In this document: piece after piece, positions 26,868 to 40,356 of the stretch | Layout: each line of letters starts with the position of its first letter | Position numbering within the stretch: position 1 is the first letter of the stretch | Assembly (NCBI GenBank): GCA_030390025.1 | Contig: CM059431.1 | Location: 142,106,001-142,170,000 of the forward strand | DNA length: 64,000 bases | Origin: Squalus acanthias | Taxonomy: Eukaryota | Direction: 5' to 3' | Translations under genes and position numbers: made by a program | The notes under the pieces: generated by a model | Seen by the model: the letters and a program-made list of their open reading frames with translations, nothing else | What the model was told of the DNA's origin: nothing | Database searches by the model: none

Positions 26868-27230
26868 CTCTCTCTCTCTCTCTCGCTGTATCTCTCTTGT
26901 CTCAAAATCTCGTTCGCTCTCTCTCTTTCTGCCTTTCTTTTTTTTCCTGCCGCTCTCTTGGACTCCTCGCTCTCTTTTTCTGTACCTGCCTTTCTTCTCT
27001 CTCTCTGCTTCTTTATATCTCTGTCCCACTGCTTCGCCTGTATTTCGCTTTAAGCCCCCTCTCTCTGTTTCTGTCTCTCCTTGTCTCTGTGTTTTTCTCT
27101 TAGGTCTCGCTGTCTATTTGAGGATGTCTGTCTCTCTTTCTGACACTATCTAGCTTCCTTCATCTATTACTGGTCTCTCTCCCTGTATCTGACTCTTTCA
27201 GTCTCCCTAGTTTTATCCCTTTACGTCACT
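26868..27230. repeat. CT-rich low-complexity tract
   Basis: Degenerate (CT)n / (CTGT)n. Confidence 0.8.
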
Positions 27231-27829
27231 TTCCCTTTGTTTTTGTTCCACTGCATCTTCCGCTGTAAGAGTAACATTTACCTGGAGTAGCATTTTGAAA
27301 GGAACAGCGAAACGAACATGAATCCGATCAGCATAATCAGCGCCAGAGCGTAACTGTCTCCGGTTAACCAGTTCCAGGTTGTAAATACACACCACTAGCC
27401 AGAAGAGAAGAGGAGCAAAGTGTCACATTGAGCAGGTCTGTAATAAAGTTGGAGTAAAACTCTCCCATTGCAATCTTTGTAAATAACGTTTATGGTAACG
27501 TGTTACCACGGTCCATTGCAGGTCAGATTGAGCTTCTCTTGATAAAATAAAGCACTGGACCCTGTTACATGACAAGCACTTTCAGTTCTTGAGAAATCTA
27601 GGGGAAAGTCAAAGGCCGAACATCTGAGCTCAACATAGCTAAAAATAAGCATGTGAAGTGGACATCAAAGCAAATCTGATTTCCAACCTTAATTTGCAAG
27701 ATTGAAAATGACCGGAGAAGTGGAACAACCTCATTATTTCTAAGAAATATATAAAATTCTTCTCTACCAACACCTCATTCAATGCCCAGAGAAAATGCTA
27801 GAATCTTATGTGCCTACCATCAATTACCA

Positions 27830-28600
27830 TCAGGCTAGGTACAGTAGGAGTTTGACACACAGTAAACCTCCCTCTACACTGTCCCACCAACACAGGGCAG
27901 GTACAGCACGGGTTAGATACAAACCAGAGCTCCCTCTACAATGTCCCATTTAATATTTCCAGGGCAGGTACGGCACTGGTCAGATACAGAGCAGAACTCC
28001 CTCTACAATATCCTATCAAACGCACACATCAACTGCCGTCAGGATATAAACAGTAAGGGTTAGATAAAGCATGCGTCAGATACAGAGTAAAGCGCCATCT
28101 ATACTGTCCCATAAAACACGCCCAGGGTAGGTACAGCATAGGTTATATACGGAGTAAAGCTCTCCCTACACTGTTCCCAACAAACACTCACAGGGAAGGT
28201 GCAGCATGCGTCAGATACAGAATAAAACGTCCTGTACAATACCCAATCAAACATTCACATCAACTAACATGAGGTAAAGTACAGTATGGGTTAGATAAAA
28301 CATGCGTCAGATACAGAGTAAAGCTCCATCTATACTGTCCCATTAAACACTCCCTGGGTATGTACAGCACAGGTTAGATACAGTTTGAAGCTTTCGATAC
28401 AATGTCCCATCAAAACCTCCCTGGGAAGGTATAGCACGGGTTAGATACAGAGTAAAGCTCTTTATACACTGTTTGGGTGAGAATACGGGTTTGATACACA
28501 GTTAAGCTCCCTCTGTATTTTCTCCTCAAAGACTCACGGGGCAGGTACAGACAGAGATATGTAATAGTGATCCATCTATGCAGTCCAATCAAACATATAG
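27830..28600. repeat. Degenerate ~67-bp tandem repeat (CAGGGCAGGTACAGCACGGGTTAGATACAGAGTAAAGCTCCCTCTACACTGTCCCATCAAACAC..)
   Basis: CAGGGCAG recurs at 27893 and 27960; about 10 irregular units. Confidence 0.85.
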
Positions 28601-28705
28601 ACGCCTAACACTTGCAGATATTCAATGGTTAGACTCAGGATATAAAAAGAGAGTCATACTGCAGAGATCAGCAAAATGTGGGCCAAGTCCTCTCCCATTA
28701 TATCG

Positions 28706-28856
28706 TGATGCGAAGATGCCGGTGTTGGACTGGGGTGGACAAAAGTGAGAAGTCGCACAACACCAGGTTATAGTCCAACAGTTTTATTTGAAATCACAAG
28801 CTTTCGTCACCTGACGAAGGAGCGGTCGCTCCGAAAGCTTGTGATTTCAAATAAAA
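28706..28856. mobile_element. Short Penelope family B terminal fragment with internal inversion
   Basis: Shares GAGAAGTCGCACAACACCAGG with 24532; 26-bp inverted repeat around a hammerhead core; 12-bp TSD CCCATTATATCG (28694-28705 and 28857-28868). Confidence 0.85.
28807..28844 (+). ncRNA. Minimal type I hammerhead ribozyme (Penelope family B)
   Basis: UCAC-CUGACGA-A-GGAGCG-GU-CGCUCC-GAAA-GC-UU-GUGA: helix I UCAC/GUGA, helix II hairpin, palindromic AGCU in place of helix III. Confidence 0.75.
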
Positions 28857-29188
28857 CCCATTATATCGGCGAGGCTTTCTCTTGATGTGTTGAAAATGAT
28901 GAAACTTGTCAGCAGTGTGAGTGGTGCCAGGTATGTCAAGGAGCTGAAGAACATCCGCTTGATCCAGGCTTTCCTGTTCTGAGATGCCTGTTCATTGAAA
29001 TGGAATCAGAATCATTATCTTCAGTAACTGTTGGAAAACATCTTCCACACGTCCAGCAAATCAGTGTAATAATGGAAACTCAGCAACGCAGGACACCAGA
29101 AATCAACAACAGTGATCCGAAGCTGGCTCATTTCTTAAGATATGAGATCAGCTATCATTACCGTACATTCATCTCAATTAGACTCCAT

Positions 29189-29850
29189 GGGGGTAATTTT
29201 AACTTTGAGCGCGGGTGCAAAATGTACGTTATTGAATTGGTCGCCATTTTATGCCACGCCCAATTTTCCATTCGATTGACTTCATCGTGTATATTGGGCG
29301 GATAATTCTATATCGTCCATTTTACACCATCACACAATGTCATATTTACCCACCACCGCATATGTTATTCCTGATCGGTCCTACCCTGTCTAACTAATTG
29401 TTTAATTTTGTATATTTAAAAAAGCCCTCACTATTTGCTGTTATGCTACCTGTTGTCAGCTTAATACCCTGTTTTAAACCTTCCACTCTCCCGTTTGAAA
29501 ACGCCATTAAACTTTTTACATTCCACTTGATTATATTTAACATTAATAGCCCCAAACTTCATCAGACGCCTTCATTTGAAGTTTCAAATTGTGGGTAATT
29601 TTAACTCTGGGCGATAGTGGTCAATGGGTGATGTCCATTTAGCCGCCCATTATAGACCCGTTCGAATTTCCTTGCCCTGGGAGTAATTCTGGCGGCATTT
29701 CGTAGTGAAAAACGAGTGATAGTGAATCGGCAGCCAGTTTTACATCTCTCCCGAGTTACTTTAATTGAAAGGAAAATTTCGTGAGGTTTATCACGAGTGG
29801 TCCAACCGATATCATCCGTTTTACATTATTACCCAAAGTTAAAATGGCCA
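29189..29850. mobile_element. Two or three old, degenerate palindromic MITE relics
   Basis: GGGTAATTTTAACT starts at about 29190 and 29593, with a matching AAAGTTAAAATGGCC end at about 29850. Confidence 0.45.
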
Positions 29851-30320
29851 ACATTCTGATGCGCCCCTTTCTCCAACATGTGTGGTCACTATTTCCAAGT
29901 TGCTCGCCTACTCTCAATGCAGTTATTTACTACACTCAAATTTACAGAATGAAACCAAGCGATGTTTCTTTTCTTGTTGAATTGAAACATGCTGAACTGA
30001 CAAGCAGTCCCGTATCCATTCTAAAATGTGTTCTCCACTTTGACCACGCATATTCAGTTTATCCCTGTTTACCTTGGGATAGATACAATCTCCCAATATT
30101 ATTAAGCTTTTGTTCTTACATTATCCTTTGAACTGGCTGCAATTCCCCCCTTCTATCATATACGCTTACCGTTCGGTTATGTACATCGAGAATTGTACCC
30201 TGGCTTTATCTAATCTTTAACCCTCTCCATGTGAATTCTGTCTCATTGCAACGTCTGTGATGTCATTGTTTCCTAGCGCTGTAATTTCATGATTCACTAA
30301 CACTGCCACTCCAACACCTT

Positions 30321-33300
30321 TTACTGCTCCTTTTCTATGACACGGCGAATAAAGGCAATCATACCGTTTGAATTCTTAACCACCTTATCTACCTGGCCTG
30401 CTACCTTCAGGGATCTGTGTACATGCACTCCAAGTTCCCTTTGTTTCACTACATTACTCAGTGTCCTACCATTTAATGCGTATTCCCTTTCCTTGTTAGC
30501 CCTCCCCAAATGCATAACCTCACACTTCACCGGATTGAATTCCATTTGCCACTGTTCAGCCCACCTGACCAATTTATTGTTATCTTCCTGCAGTCTACAG
30601 CTTCCTTCTTCAGTATCAACCACATAGCCGATTTTAGTTTCATCTGCAAGCTTCTTAATCATATCCCTATATTCAAGTCTAGATCATTGATATATACCAC
30701 AAAAAGCAAGGGACCTAGTACTGAGCCCTGTGGAACCCCACTAGAAATTGCCTTCCAGTCACAATAAAAACATCAACCATTATCCTCTGCTTCCTGCCTC
30801 CGAGACAGTTTTGAATCCAACTTGACATTTCCCACTGGATCCCATGGGGTTTTAACTTCGTGACCAGTCTGCCATGTGGAACCTTATCAAAAGCCTTGCA
30901 AAATCCATATATACTATACCAAATGCACTACCCTCATCTACCCTCCTTGTTACTTCCTCAAAAATGTCAATCAAATTTGTCAGACACGACCTTCCCTTAA
31001 CAAATCCGTGCTGACTATCCTTGATTAATCCGTGTCTTTCTAAATGATGATTTATCCTTCCCTTCAGAATTTCTTCCAATAATTTTCCCACCACCGAGAC
31101 TAGGCTGACTGGCCTGTAATTACTCGGGATATCCCTTTCTCCCTTTTTAAGCAAAGGTACCACATTAGCAGTCCTCCGGCATCTCACCTGAAGCCAGGGG
31201 GGATTGGAAAATGATGGTCAGCGCCTCTGCTATTTCCTCTTTTGATTCGCTTAACAGCCTGGGATACATTTCATCCGGGCCTGGGGATTTATCCATTTTT
31301 AAAGCTGCAAAACCCCTTAATACTTCCTCTCTCAATATGTTTATTTCATCTATTATTTCGCACTCCTCCCCCCTAATAGCAATGTCTGCTTCGCCCCTCT
31401 CCTTTGTGAAAACAGGCGCAAAGTATTCATTAAGAACTCTACCGACGTCTTCCACCTCCACACACAGATTATCCTAATTATCTCTAATAGGCCCTAACCT
31501 TTCTTTAGTTATCCTCTTAATGTTAATATATTTATAAAAAATCTTTTGGTTTCCCTTGATTTTACTTGCCAAGAATTTTGCATGCTCTATCTTTGCTTTC
31601 CTAATATCGTTTTTAATTGTACCCTGCACTTTCTGTACTCTAAAGATTCTGGAGTATTTAGCACTCGGTATTTGTCATATGCCTCCCTTTTTTTCTTTAT
31701 CCTACCCTGTATGTCCCTAGACATCCAGGGGGCTCTAGATTTGTTAGCCCCACTTTTTTTCTTTAAGGGCACATGTTTGGTCTGAACCCTCCGGATCTCC
31801 TCCTTGAATGCCTCCCACTGCTCCGACACTGATTCACCTTCATGTAGCTGTTTCCAGTCCACTATGGCTAAATCCTCTCTGAGCTTAGCAAAATTTGCAT
31901 TTCCCCAATTGGGAATTTTTATTGCTGGTCTATACTTGTCATTTTCCATAACTACCTTAAATCAAACTGACATATGGTCACTAGCACCAAAATGCATTGA
32001 TACACTTTCTAACTGTCCAGCTTTATTCCCTAAAACTAAGTCCAGACACGTCCCCTCCCTTGTTGGGCTAGCTACATACTGGCTAAACAAGTTCTCCTGG
32101 AAGCATTTTAGGAATTCCACAACCTCTATACACTTCTCACTAATTTTATCCCAGTTAATACTGGGGTAGTTGAAATCCCCTACCATTACAGCCCTATAGT
32201 TGTTGCACTTCTCAGAAATGTGTCTACATATTTGTTCTCCTATCTCCCTCTCATTGTTTGGGGGTCTGTAGTACACTCCCAGCTGTATGATGGCCCATTT
32301 TTTTGTTTTTCAATTCGACCCATATGGCCTCGTTTGATGATCCCGCCAACATATCATCGCTTCTCACAGCTGTAATAGTTTATTTAAACAATAGCGCTAC
32401 TGCCCATCCCTATTTAACTCCCCCTCTATTAAGTGTGAAAATCCTGTAACCAGGAATGTTGATCTGCCATACCTGTCCCCCTTTCAGCCACGTCTCTGTA
32501 ATAGCTATAATACCATAGTCCCAATTATCTACCTGTGCCCTCAGCTCATCTGCCTTGTTCGCTATACTCCTTGCATTGAAGTATATACCATTTAGTACAG
32601 GCAAACCTCCTTGTTGACTACTGTCTAGTCCTTGATTCCTCTGTCCTTCCAATTTACTTTCTACGTTTTTGTTTTCCGATTCCAGTTTTTCTTCCCTTCC
32701 GATTCTATTCTTATGTTCCCATCCCCCTGCCAAGCTAGATTAAGCCCTCCCCAACAGCACTAGCAAACCCTACCGCGAGGATATTGGTCCCGTTCCCGTT
32801 GAGCTGCAGCCCTTCTGGCTTGTAGAGATCCCACCACCCCCAGAAACTGTTCCAATTCCTCAGGAATCTAAAGCACTCCCTCCTACACCATCTCTCCAGC
32901 CACGCATTCATCTGCTCTATATTCCTCTTTCTGTACTTACTAGCACGTGGCACTGGTAGTAATCCGGAGATTAATACATTTGAGGTCCTGTTTTTTAACC
33001 TCTATCCAGCTCCCTAAACTTTGCCTGCAGAATCTCAACCCTCTTCCTACCTATGTCGTCGGTACCGTAATGGAGCACGACCTCTGGCTGTTCACCCTCC
33101 CCCCTCAGAATGCCCTGCAGCCGTTAAGTGACATCCTTGACCCTGGAACCAGGGAGGCAACATACCATCCTTGGATCGCGTCTGTGTCCGCAGAAACGGC
33201 TGTTTGCTCCCCTATCTATTGAATCCCCTATCACTATTGCTCTCCCTCTCCTCTTCGCCCCCCTCCCCTCGTGCAGCTGAGCCTTTCTTGGTGCTGTGGA

Positions 33301-33965
33301 CTGGCTCTGGCTGCACTCTCTAGAGAAACCATAGCCCTCACCATCACCAGCTCCGAATACTGGTTGTTGAGCAAGATGGGCTCAGGGGACTCCTGCACTA
33401 CCTACCATGTCCTCCTCTTCTGTCTGACAGTCAACCATTCCTTCTCTGCCTGCACACTCTTAAGCTGTGGGGTGACCACCTCTCTCACGTAGCTCTCAGC
33501 CTCGCGGATGCACAACAGTGACTGCAGCCGCTGCTCATGCTCCGTAACCCGGTGCTCGAGCTGCTGTAGCTGGCGACACTTCCCGCACATGTGGTCGTCC
33601 AGACCACGGGAGGTATCCAGGACTTCCCACATGGCACAGGATGGTAATTCCACGGGTGTGAGCTGCCCTGTCATACCTCTAATTAACAGACTATTTACTA
33701 ACCTAGCTGGAATAAATTTAAAAGCTTTGAGAAAGCCAAGTATAAATACTTACCAGATACTCACTTTTGAATTCTGACATCACTCTATGAAAATTTTGCC
33801 GGTGCTGAGTTGGTGCCGCCGCTGACGCCTCGCCGTTCCTCCCAGGTCCGCACTGCCGCCGCTGCTGCTGCGGCTGTGGGGCCTACCTGTGGCTCGGGCT
33901 TACTTTATACCACCGCTGCCGCCTCGCCGCTCCTCCCAGGTCCACACTGCAGCCGCTGCTGCTGC
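30321..33965 (-). mobile_element. CR1 LINE with 5' UTR, ORF1 (zinc finger plus SGNH esterase) and ORF2 (APE-RT); 3' end missing; disrupted
   Basis: ORF1 pieces SCAMWEV..HMCGKC and MNAWLERWCRRECFRF..GLQLNGNGT; ORF2 YFNARSI, IAITETWL, KSPGPD, NYRPVSL, LADETK; GC-rich short repeats at the 5' end. Confidence 0.88.
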
Positions 33966-34291
33966 ATAAGTTATACACCAGTGTATAACTTCCTCCAGTC
34001 CAAATCATCTGTAATGATTTTATAATCGTGTGTAAGAATTAAATGTAGACATCTGTTATCATCAATTTTATGCAATGGTAACCTGAATTATATATGATAT
34101 GTAATCCTTTTGCTTATAATTAAAACTCTGTGATTTAGCTGTAACCTGACAGCCTGGGTGAGAAAGAGGATTGCTATAGCCGAATAGGGAGGCTGTGGGT
34201 GAAAGATGGATATTAGCCACAGTAAGGATGAGACATAGAGAGCAGCTAGCCTGGGAAGCAAGGTAAAGGTTTAGCTGCCACTGTGTTGGGA

Positions 34292-37200
34292 TATAAGAAC
34301 ATAAGAACATAAGAAATAGGAGCAGGAGTAGGCCAATCGGCCCCTCGAGCCCGCTCCTCCAATCAATAAGATCATGGCTGATCTGATCCTAACCGCCAAT
34401 CTACTATAACAGAACCATCTCCTGAACCTAACAGAATTGGACACACAAAATAGGAGCAGGATCAGGCTACACGGCCCCTGAGCACGCTACGCTACCCATA
34501 GGGCCATGACCGATCCGAACCTAGACTCATGTCCAAATTCCTGCCCGCTCCCCGTAACACTTAATTCCCTTTATTTCCAGGAAACTGTCTATTTCTTTTT
34601 AAATTTATGTAATGATGTAGCTTCTACAGCTTTTTGGGGCAGCATATTCCATGGACCTACCACCCTCTGAGTGAAGTAGTTCCTCCTCATCTCAGTTTTT
34701 AAAGAGCAGCCCCTTATTCTAAGACTATGCCCCCTAGTTCTAGTTTCACCCATCATCGGGAACATCCTCCCCGCATCAACCCGATCCAACCCCTTCACAA
34801 TCTTATATGTTTCAATAAGATCGCCTCTCATTCTTCTGAACTCCAATGAGTAGAGTCCCAATCTACCCAACCTCTCCTCATATGTCCATCCCCTCATCCC
34901 CGGGATTAACCGAGTGAACCTTCTTTGTACTGACTCGAGAGCAAGTATGTCTTTTCTTAAGTACAGACACCAAAACTGTATGCAGTATTCCAGGTGCGGT
35001 CTCACCAATACCTTGTACAACTGAAGCAATACCTCCCTATTTTTATATTCTATCCCCCTAGCAATGAAAGCCAACATTCCATTGGCCTTCTTAATCACTT
35101 GCTGCACCTGCATACTAACCTTTTGAGTTTCGTGCACCAGGACCCCCAGATCCCTTTGTACTTCAGTACTTTCCAGTTTCTTGCCATTAAGATAATAACT
35201 TGCTCTACTATTTTTCCTGCCAAAGTGCATAACCTCACACTTTCCAGTATTGTATTCCATCTGCCAAATCTCTGCCCACTTACTTAGCCTATCTATGTCC
35301 CCTTGCAGCTTTTTTATGTCCTCCTCAATCACTACTTTCCCTCCCATCTTAGTATCATCTGAAAACTTTGATATGTTACACTCGGTCCCCTCCTCCAAAT
35401 CGTTAATATAGATTGTAAAGAGTTGAGGACCCAGCACTGACCCCTGCGGAACACCACTAGTTACCGATTGCCAGTTTGAGAATGAACCATTTATCCCAAC
35501 TCTCTGCCGTCTGTTAGATAGCCAATCCTCTATCCATGCCAGAATATTACCCCCAATCCCATGATTTTTTATCTTAAGCAATAATCTTTTGTGTGGCACC
35601 TTGTCAAATGCCTTTTGGAAGTCTAAATACACCACATCCACTGGTTCCCCTTTATCCACCCTGTATGTTACTTCCTCAAAGAACTCCAGCAAATTTGTCA
35701 AACATGACTTCCCCTTCATAAAACCATGCTGACTTTGTCCTATTTAATTATGATTATCCAAATTTTCCGTTATTGTCTCCTTAATAATGGACTCCAAAAT
35801 TTTACCTACCACAGATATTAGGCTAACTGGTCTACAGTTTCCAGCCTTCTGTCTACTGCCCTTTGTAAATAAGGGTGTTACATTAGCAGTTTTCCAGTCT
35901 GCCGGGATCTTTGCTGAGTCCAGGGAGTTTTGGAAAATTATTACCAATGCATCCACAATCCCTACCGCCACTTCTCTCAAGACCCTAGGATGTAAGCCAT
36001 CAGGTCCAGGTGATTTATCCGCCTTGAGTCCCATTATTTTACAGAGTACCACTTCCTTAGTGATTTTGATCGTGTTTAGCACCTCCCCCCCCTTTAGCCC
36101 CCTGTTGGTCCAGTGTTGGGATATTCTTAGTGTCGTCTACTGTAAAAACTGATACAAAATATTAATTCAGTGTATTTGCCATCTCCATATTTCCCACCAT
36201 TAATTTCCCGGTCTCATCCTCTATGGGACCAACATTTACTTTAGCCACCCTTTTACTTTTTATATAACTATAAAAACTCTTACTATCTGTTTTTATATTT
36301 TTTGCTAATTTACTTTCATAATCTATCTTCCCTTTCTTAATCAATATTTTTGTTATTTTTTGCTGTCTTTTAAAGTTTTCCCAATCCTCTATCCTCCCAC
36401 TAGATTTGGCTACCTTATATGTCCTTGTTTTTAGTCCAATACTATCCTTAATTTCTTTACTTAGCCATGGATGACTGTCGTTTCTTTTACACCCTTTTCT
36501 TCTCAGTGGTATATATATTTTTTTGGAAGTAGTAAAATAACTCCTTAAATGTACACCACTGATCATGTATCGTCTTACCCTTTAATCTATTTTCCCAATC
36601 CACTCTACTCAATGCTGCTCGCATACCATCATAGTCTCCTTTATTCAAGCTTAGCACGCTTGTTTGAGATCCAACCTTCTCACCCTCTAATTGAATATAT
36701 GGAATTAAACCATGTTATGGTCACTCATTCCAAGGGGATCCTTTACTAGGACATTTTTAATTAATCCTGTCTCGTTACACAGGACCAGATCTAAGGTTGC
36801 TTGCCCCCTGGTCGGTTCAGTTACATACTGCTCAAGAAACCCATCCCTAATACACTCAATGAACTCATCCTCAAGGCAGCCCTGCCCAAATTGATTTGTC
36901 CAATGAATATGATAGTTAAAATCCCCCATAATTGAAGATGTTTCCTTATTACAAGCCTCAACTATTTCCTGATTGATACTCCGTCCAACAGAGTTGCAAT
37001 TGTTCGGAGGCCTATAGACTACGCCCACTAGTGTTTTTTCCCCTTTTTATTCCTTATCTCCACCCAAACTGTTTCATTATCCTGATCTTTCGACACAATA
37101 TCATTTATCTGTATTACAGTGATTCCTTCCCTTATTAACATAGCCACCCCACCTCCCCTTCCTTCCTGCCTGTCCTTCCTGATCGTTAAATAACCTGGTA

Positions 37201-37810
37201 TGTTTAATTCCCAGGCATTGTAACCCTGCAGCCATGTTTCTGTAATGGCCACAAGATCATACCCATATGTAGTTATTTGTGCCATTAACTCGTCTATTTT
37301 GTTACGAATGCTACGTGCATTCAGATAGAGAACTTTCAGATATGTTTTGTGACACTTAGTTCCTGCTTTTGCCCTTTTTATTACTTTACCTTTTACTCCA
37401 TACCTTCTGCCCCTTCCTGACACACTCTGGTTTTAAATTTCCCCACTGCTACCTAAGTCTATGACCTTCTCTGTTGTCATTTTTATTATTTGCTCTCTAA
37501 GAACCTCCCCCACCACTAGTTAGTTTAAGGCCCTCTCTGCAGCCCTATTTATATGATCCGCCAGGACTCTAGTCCCAGCACTGGCCAAGTGAAGCCCGTC
37601 CCAACGGAACATCTCCCTCCTGCCCCAGTACTGGTGCCAGTGTCCCAGGAAGCAAAACCCATTTCTCCCACACCAGTCTTTGAGCCACTCATTTAACTCT
37701 CTAATTTTATTTGTCCTATCCAAATTCGCTCGTGGCTCAGGTAATAATCCAGAGATTAATACCCTTGAGTTTCTGTTTTTTTTAATTTGACCCCTAGCTG
37801 CTCATACTCT
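34292..37810 (-). mobile_element. Young CR1 LINE (end of ORF1, whole ORF2 with few lesions, 3' UTR and (TTCTTATG)n tail)
   Basis: ORFs 34589..35719 (RT, 376 aa), 35744..37423 (APE and tether), 37520..37723 (esterase DGLHL). Confidence 0.93.
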
Positions 37811-38087
37811 TTTTATGAGCATTTTTATAGGATGTTATGATGTCTGCGGTGAAATTAAAACATACACCTTTCACAGAAACAGCAAGGACGCCATATCTCT
37901 TCCCCCTGGAGGCATGTTCCGTTGTGTTGCCATAACTACCCCAAATATGATTCTTGATGGTCAAAAACAGATGATGTGTGTCGTAATATTAGAACCTGCG
38001 TAAGCCAAGTTGCTGCGAACGTGGCATTTCTGTGATTGGATTTGTGGGTTTGGATGTCAGCCAAAGATTGGTTCAGTAAAACTCCAT

Positions 38088-38272
38088 GGCCTAGAAATTC
38101 GTCTCGGACGGTGGGGAGAAACGGGCGGTATCGGATCGGCCGCCAGTTATACGCAGCACCTGATATTCAGTTCTATAGCTGTCAATGGATCTGAATATCG
38201 GGCGCTGCGTATAACGGGCGGCCGATCCGATACCGCCTTTTTTTCTTCACTGCCCGAGACGAATTTCTAGCC
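38088..38272. mobile_element. Fully palindromic ~185-bp MITE, Harbinger-like
   Basis: TIR GGCCTAGAAATTCGTCTCGG / CCGAGACGAATTTCTAGCC; the arms pair along the whole length. Confidence 0.82.
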
Positions 38273-38584
38273 AAAAAGGATTTTAATAACAGTAAGGGTA
38301 TATCAAGGGAATCTTAACAGCCACAAATCTTAGAAGATTTCAGGAATATTCCAAGAGAAACCTGGGAAACAAAAAGAGAAGAGAGACCAGAGAGACAGAG
38401 TGCAGCTTCATCACGGTTGCGCTTCTACCCTTAGGATACGGTGTAATATAAGTCGCAAGTATCCACTGTAAACTGCTGCTCGAATACTGTAATGTATAAG
38501 GTCTTGTTTGTGCTGCATAAAGATAAATTACTGTCCACAGTACGGTTCATCCTCGAATCATTTGTAACCAGGGTCCCTCTGCGA

Positions 38585-39500
38585 TCCTATCGGCATATCA
38601 ATCACTCTGCCATTACCATCAAGCCAGGGGAACATCCCTGGTTCAATGAAGAGTGCAGAAGAGCAGGCCAGGAGCAGCACCAGACGTACCTGAAAATGTG
38701 ATTTCAACCTGGTGAAGTTAAAACACAGGACTACATTCATGCTAAATAGCGGTGCAACATGCTGCAGAATGAGCTAAGCGACCCCACAACCAATGCTTCA
38801 GATAAAAGCTCTGCAGTCCTGCCACATCCAGTCATGAATGGTGGTGGACCATTAAACAACTACTCGGAGTAGGAGACTCCATGAACATCTCCATTCTCAA
38901 TGGTGGCAGAGCCCATCACGTGAGTGCAAAAGACAATGCTGAAAGGTTTGCAACCATCTTCAGACAGAAATGCCGTGCGGATGATTCATCTCGGCCTCCT
39001 CCTGAGGTTCCCAGCATTACAAATGTCAGCTTTCAGCAAATTAGATTCACTCCTCGTGATATGAAGCAAGGGCTCAGCGCACTGGATAAATTAAAGTCTA
39101 TGAGCACCGACAACAACCAGGCTGTAGTTCTGAAGACTTGTGGCCCAGAACTAGCCACGCCTCCAGCAAGCTGTTTCAGTACAGCTACACCAGCATATAC
39201 CCGACAAAGTGGAAAATTGTCCAGGTATGCCCTGTCCACAAAAAGCAGGACAAATCCAATCCGGCCAATCACCGGCCCATCAGTCTACACTCAATCATTA
39301 GCAAAATGATGGAAGGTGTCGTCGACATTGCGATCAAGCGATACTTACGCACCAATAACCAACTCACCAATGCTCAGTTTGGAATCCACCAGGTCCATTC
39401 GGCTCCAGACCTCATTACAGCCTTGGACCAAACATGAAATAAAGACCTGAATTCAAGAGATGAGGTGGGATTTCATGCCCTTGTCATCAAGGCAGCGTTT
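38585..39500 (+). mobile_element. Internal fragment of the same LINE family as 21700..24142
   Basis: TIKPGEHPWFNEECRRA, WKIVQVCPVHKKQDKSNPANHRPISL; reverse-complement similarity to 22116-22930. Confidence 0.82.
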
Positions 39501-39977
39501 ATCAGCCCAGGTCTGAATGTTGTTCACTCTCCACCCTATTCAAAACCATGTGAGTTCTTGTGAGAGACGAAAACCCATATAGCAACTCAGGCCAATTTGG
39601 GGACAAAATTCCGGGAAATTCTTCTCCAACCCATCTAGGCGATTTAAACTAGTCCAGGTGAACCGTCTGGTCCTGGATTCCCGGCAGTACGCACCTTTTG
39701 TAAGCCGGGATCTCCGCCTCAGACAGAAACAGTTCCAGGTTTCTCTTGAGGGAAATCAGAGAATCGGCGTCCACTGCAGGAGAGAGTAGTCTGTTCAAGA
39801 GGTCCTCTATTTTCTTTGGAAAGAAACACTTCCACAAGGATCTGGACAATGCAAGGATCAGCTCAAATGCCAAATCTACGACTTGCTAATATAAAACAAT
39901 GAACTTCTACCTCATCGATTGTAATGAAATAACATGGGTATAAATAGCAAGATTTGAAACGATTTTAAAATTAATGC

Positions 39978-40345
39978 TTCAGATGTGGCCGTCGCTGGGA
40001 AGGCCAACAATTATTGCCCATCCATAGTTGCCCTTGAGAAGGTGCTGTGAGCTATCTTCTTGAACCACTGGTGAAGGTGCTCTCTCAGTGTTGTTAAGTA
40101 CGCATTCCCATGATTTTGATCCAGTAATGGTGAAGGAACGATGATATATGTCCAAGTCAGCATGTTGTGTTCTTGAAGGGGAACCTGGACGTGAGAGTGT
40201 TCCCATGCTGTCTGCTGTCCATCTACTGGGCAGTAAAGACCGCGAGTTTGGGAGGTGCTGTGCAAGAAGCCTTGGCGAGTTGCTGCAGTACTTCCTGGAG
40301 TTAGTACAAACTGCGGAGATGGTGCGCCAGTGAAGGAGGGTGTGG
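39978..40345 (-). mobile_element. 3' end of a LINE, probably the family at 21700..24142
   Basis: Tail CAAGGGCAACTATGGATGGGCAATAATTGTTGGCCTTCCCAGCGAC; homologous to 58990..59285. Confidence 0.65.
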
Positions 40346-40356
40346 CTGTTTAACAT

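Noticed and set aside
26781..27103. Arg/Glu-rich and Leu/Ser-rich ORFs
   Set aside because: Translations of the CT-rich low-complexity tract.
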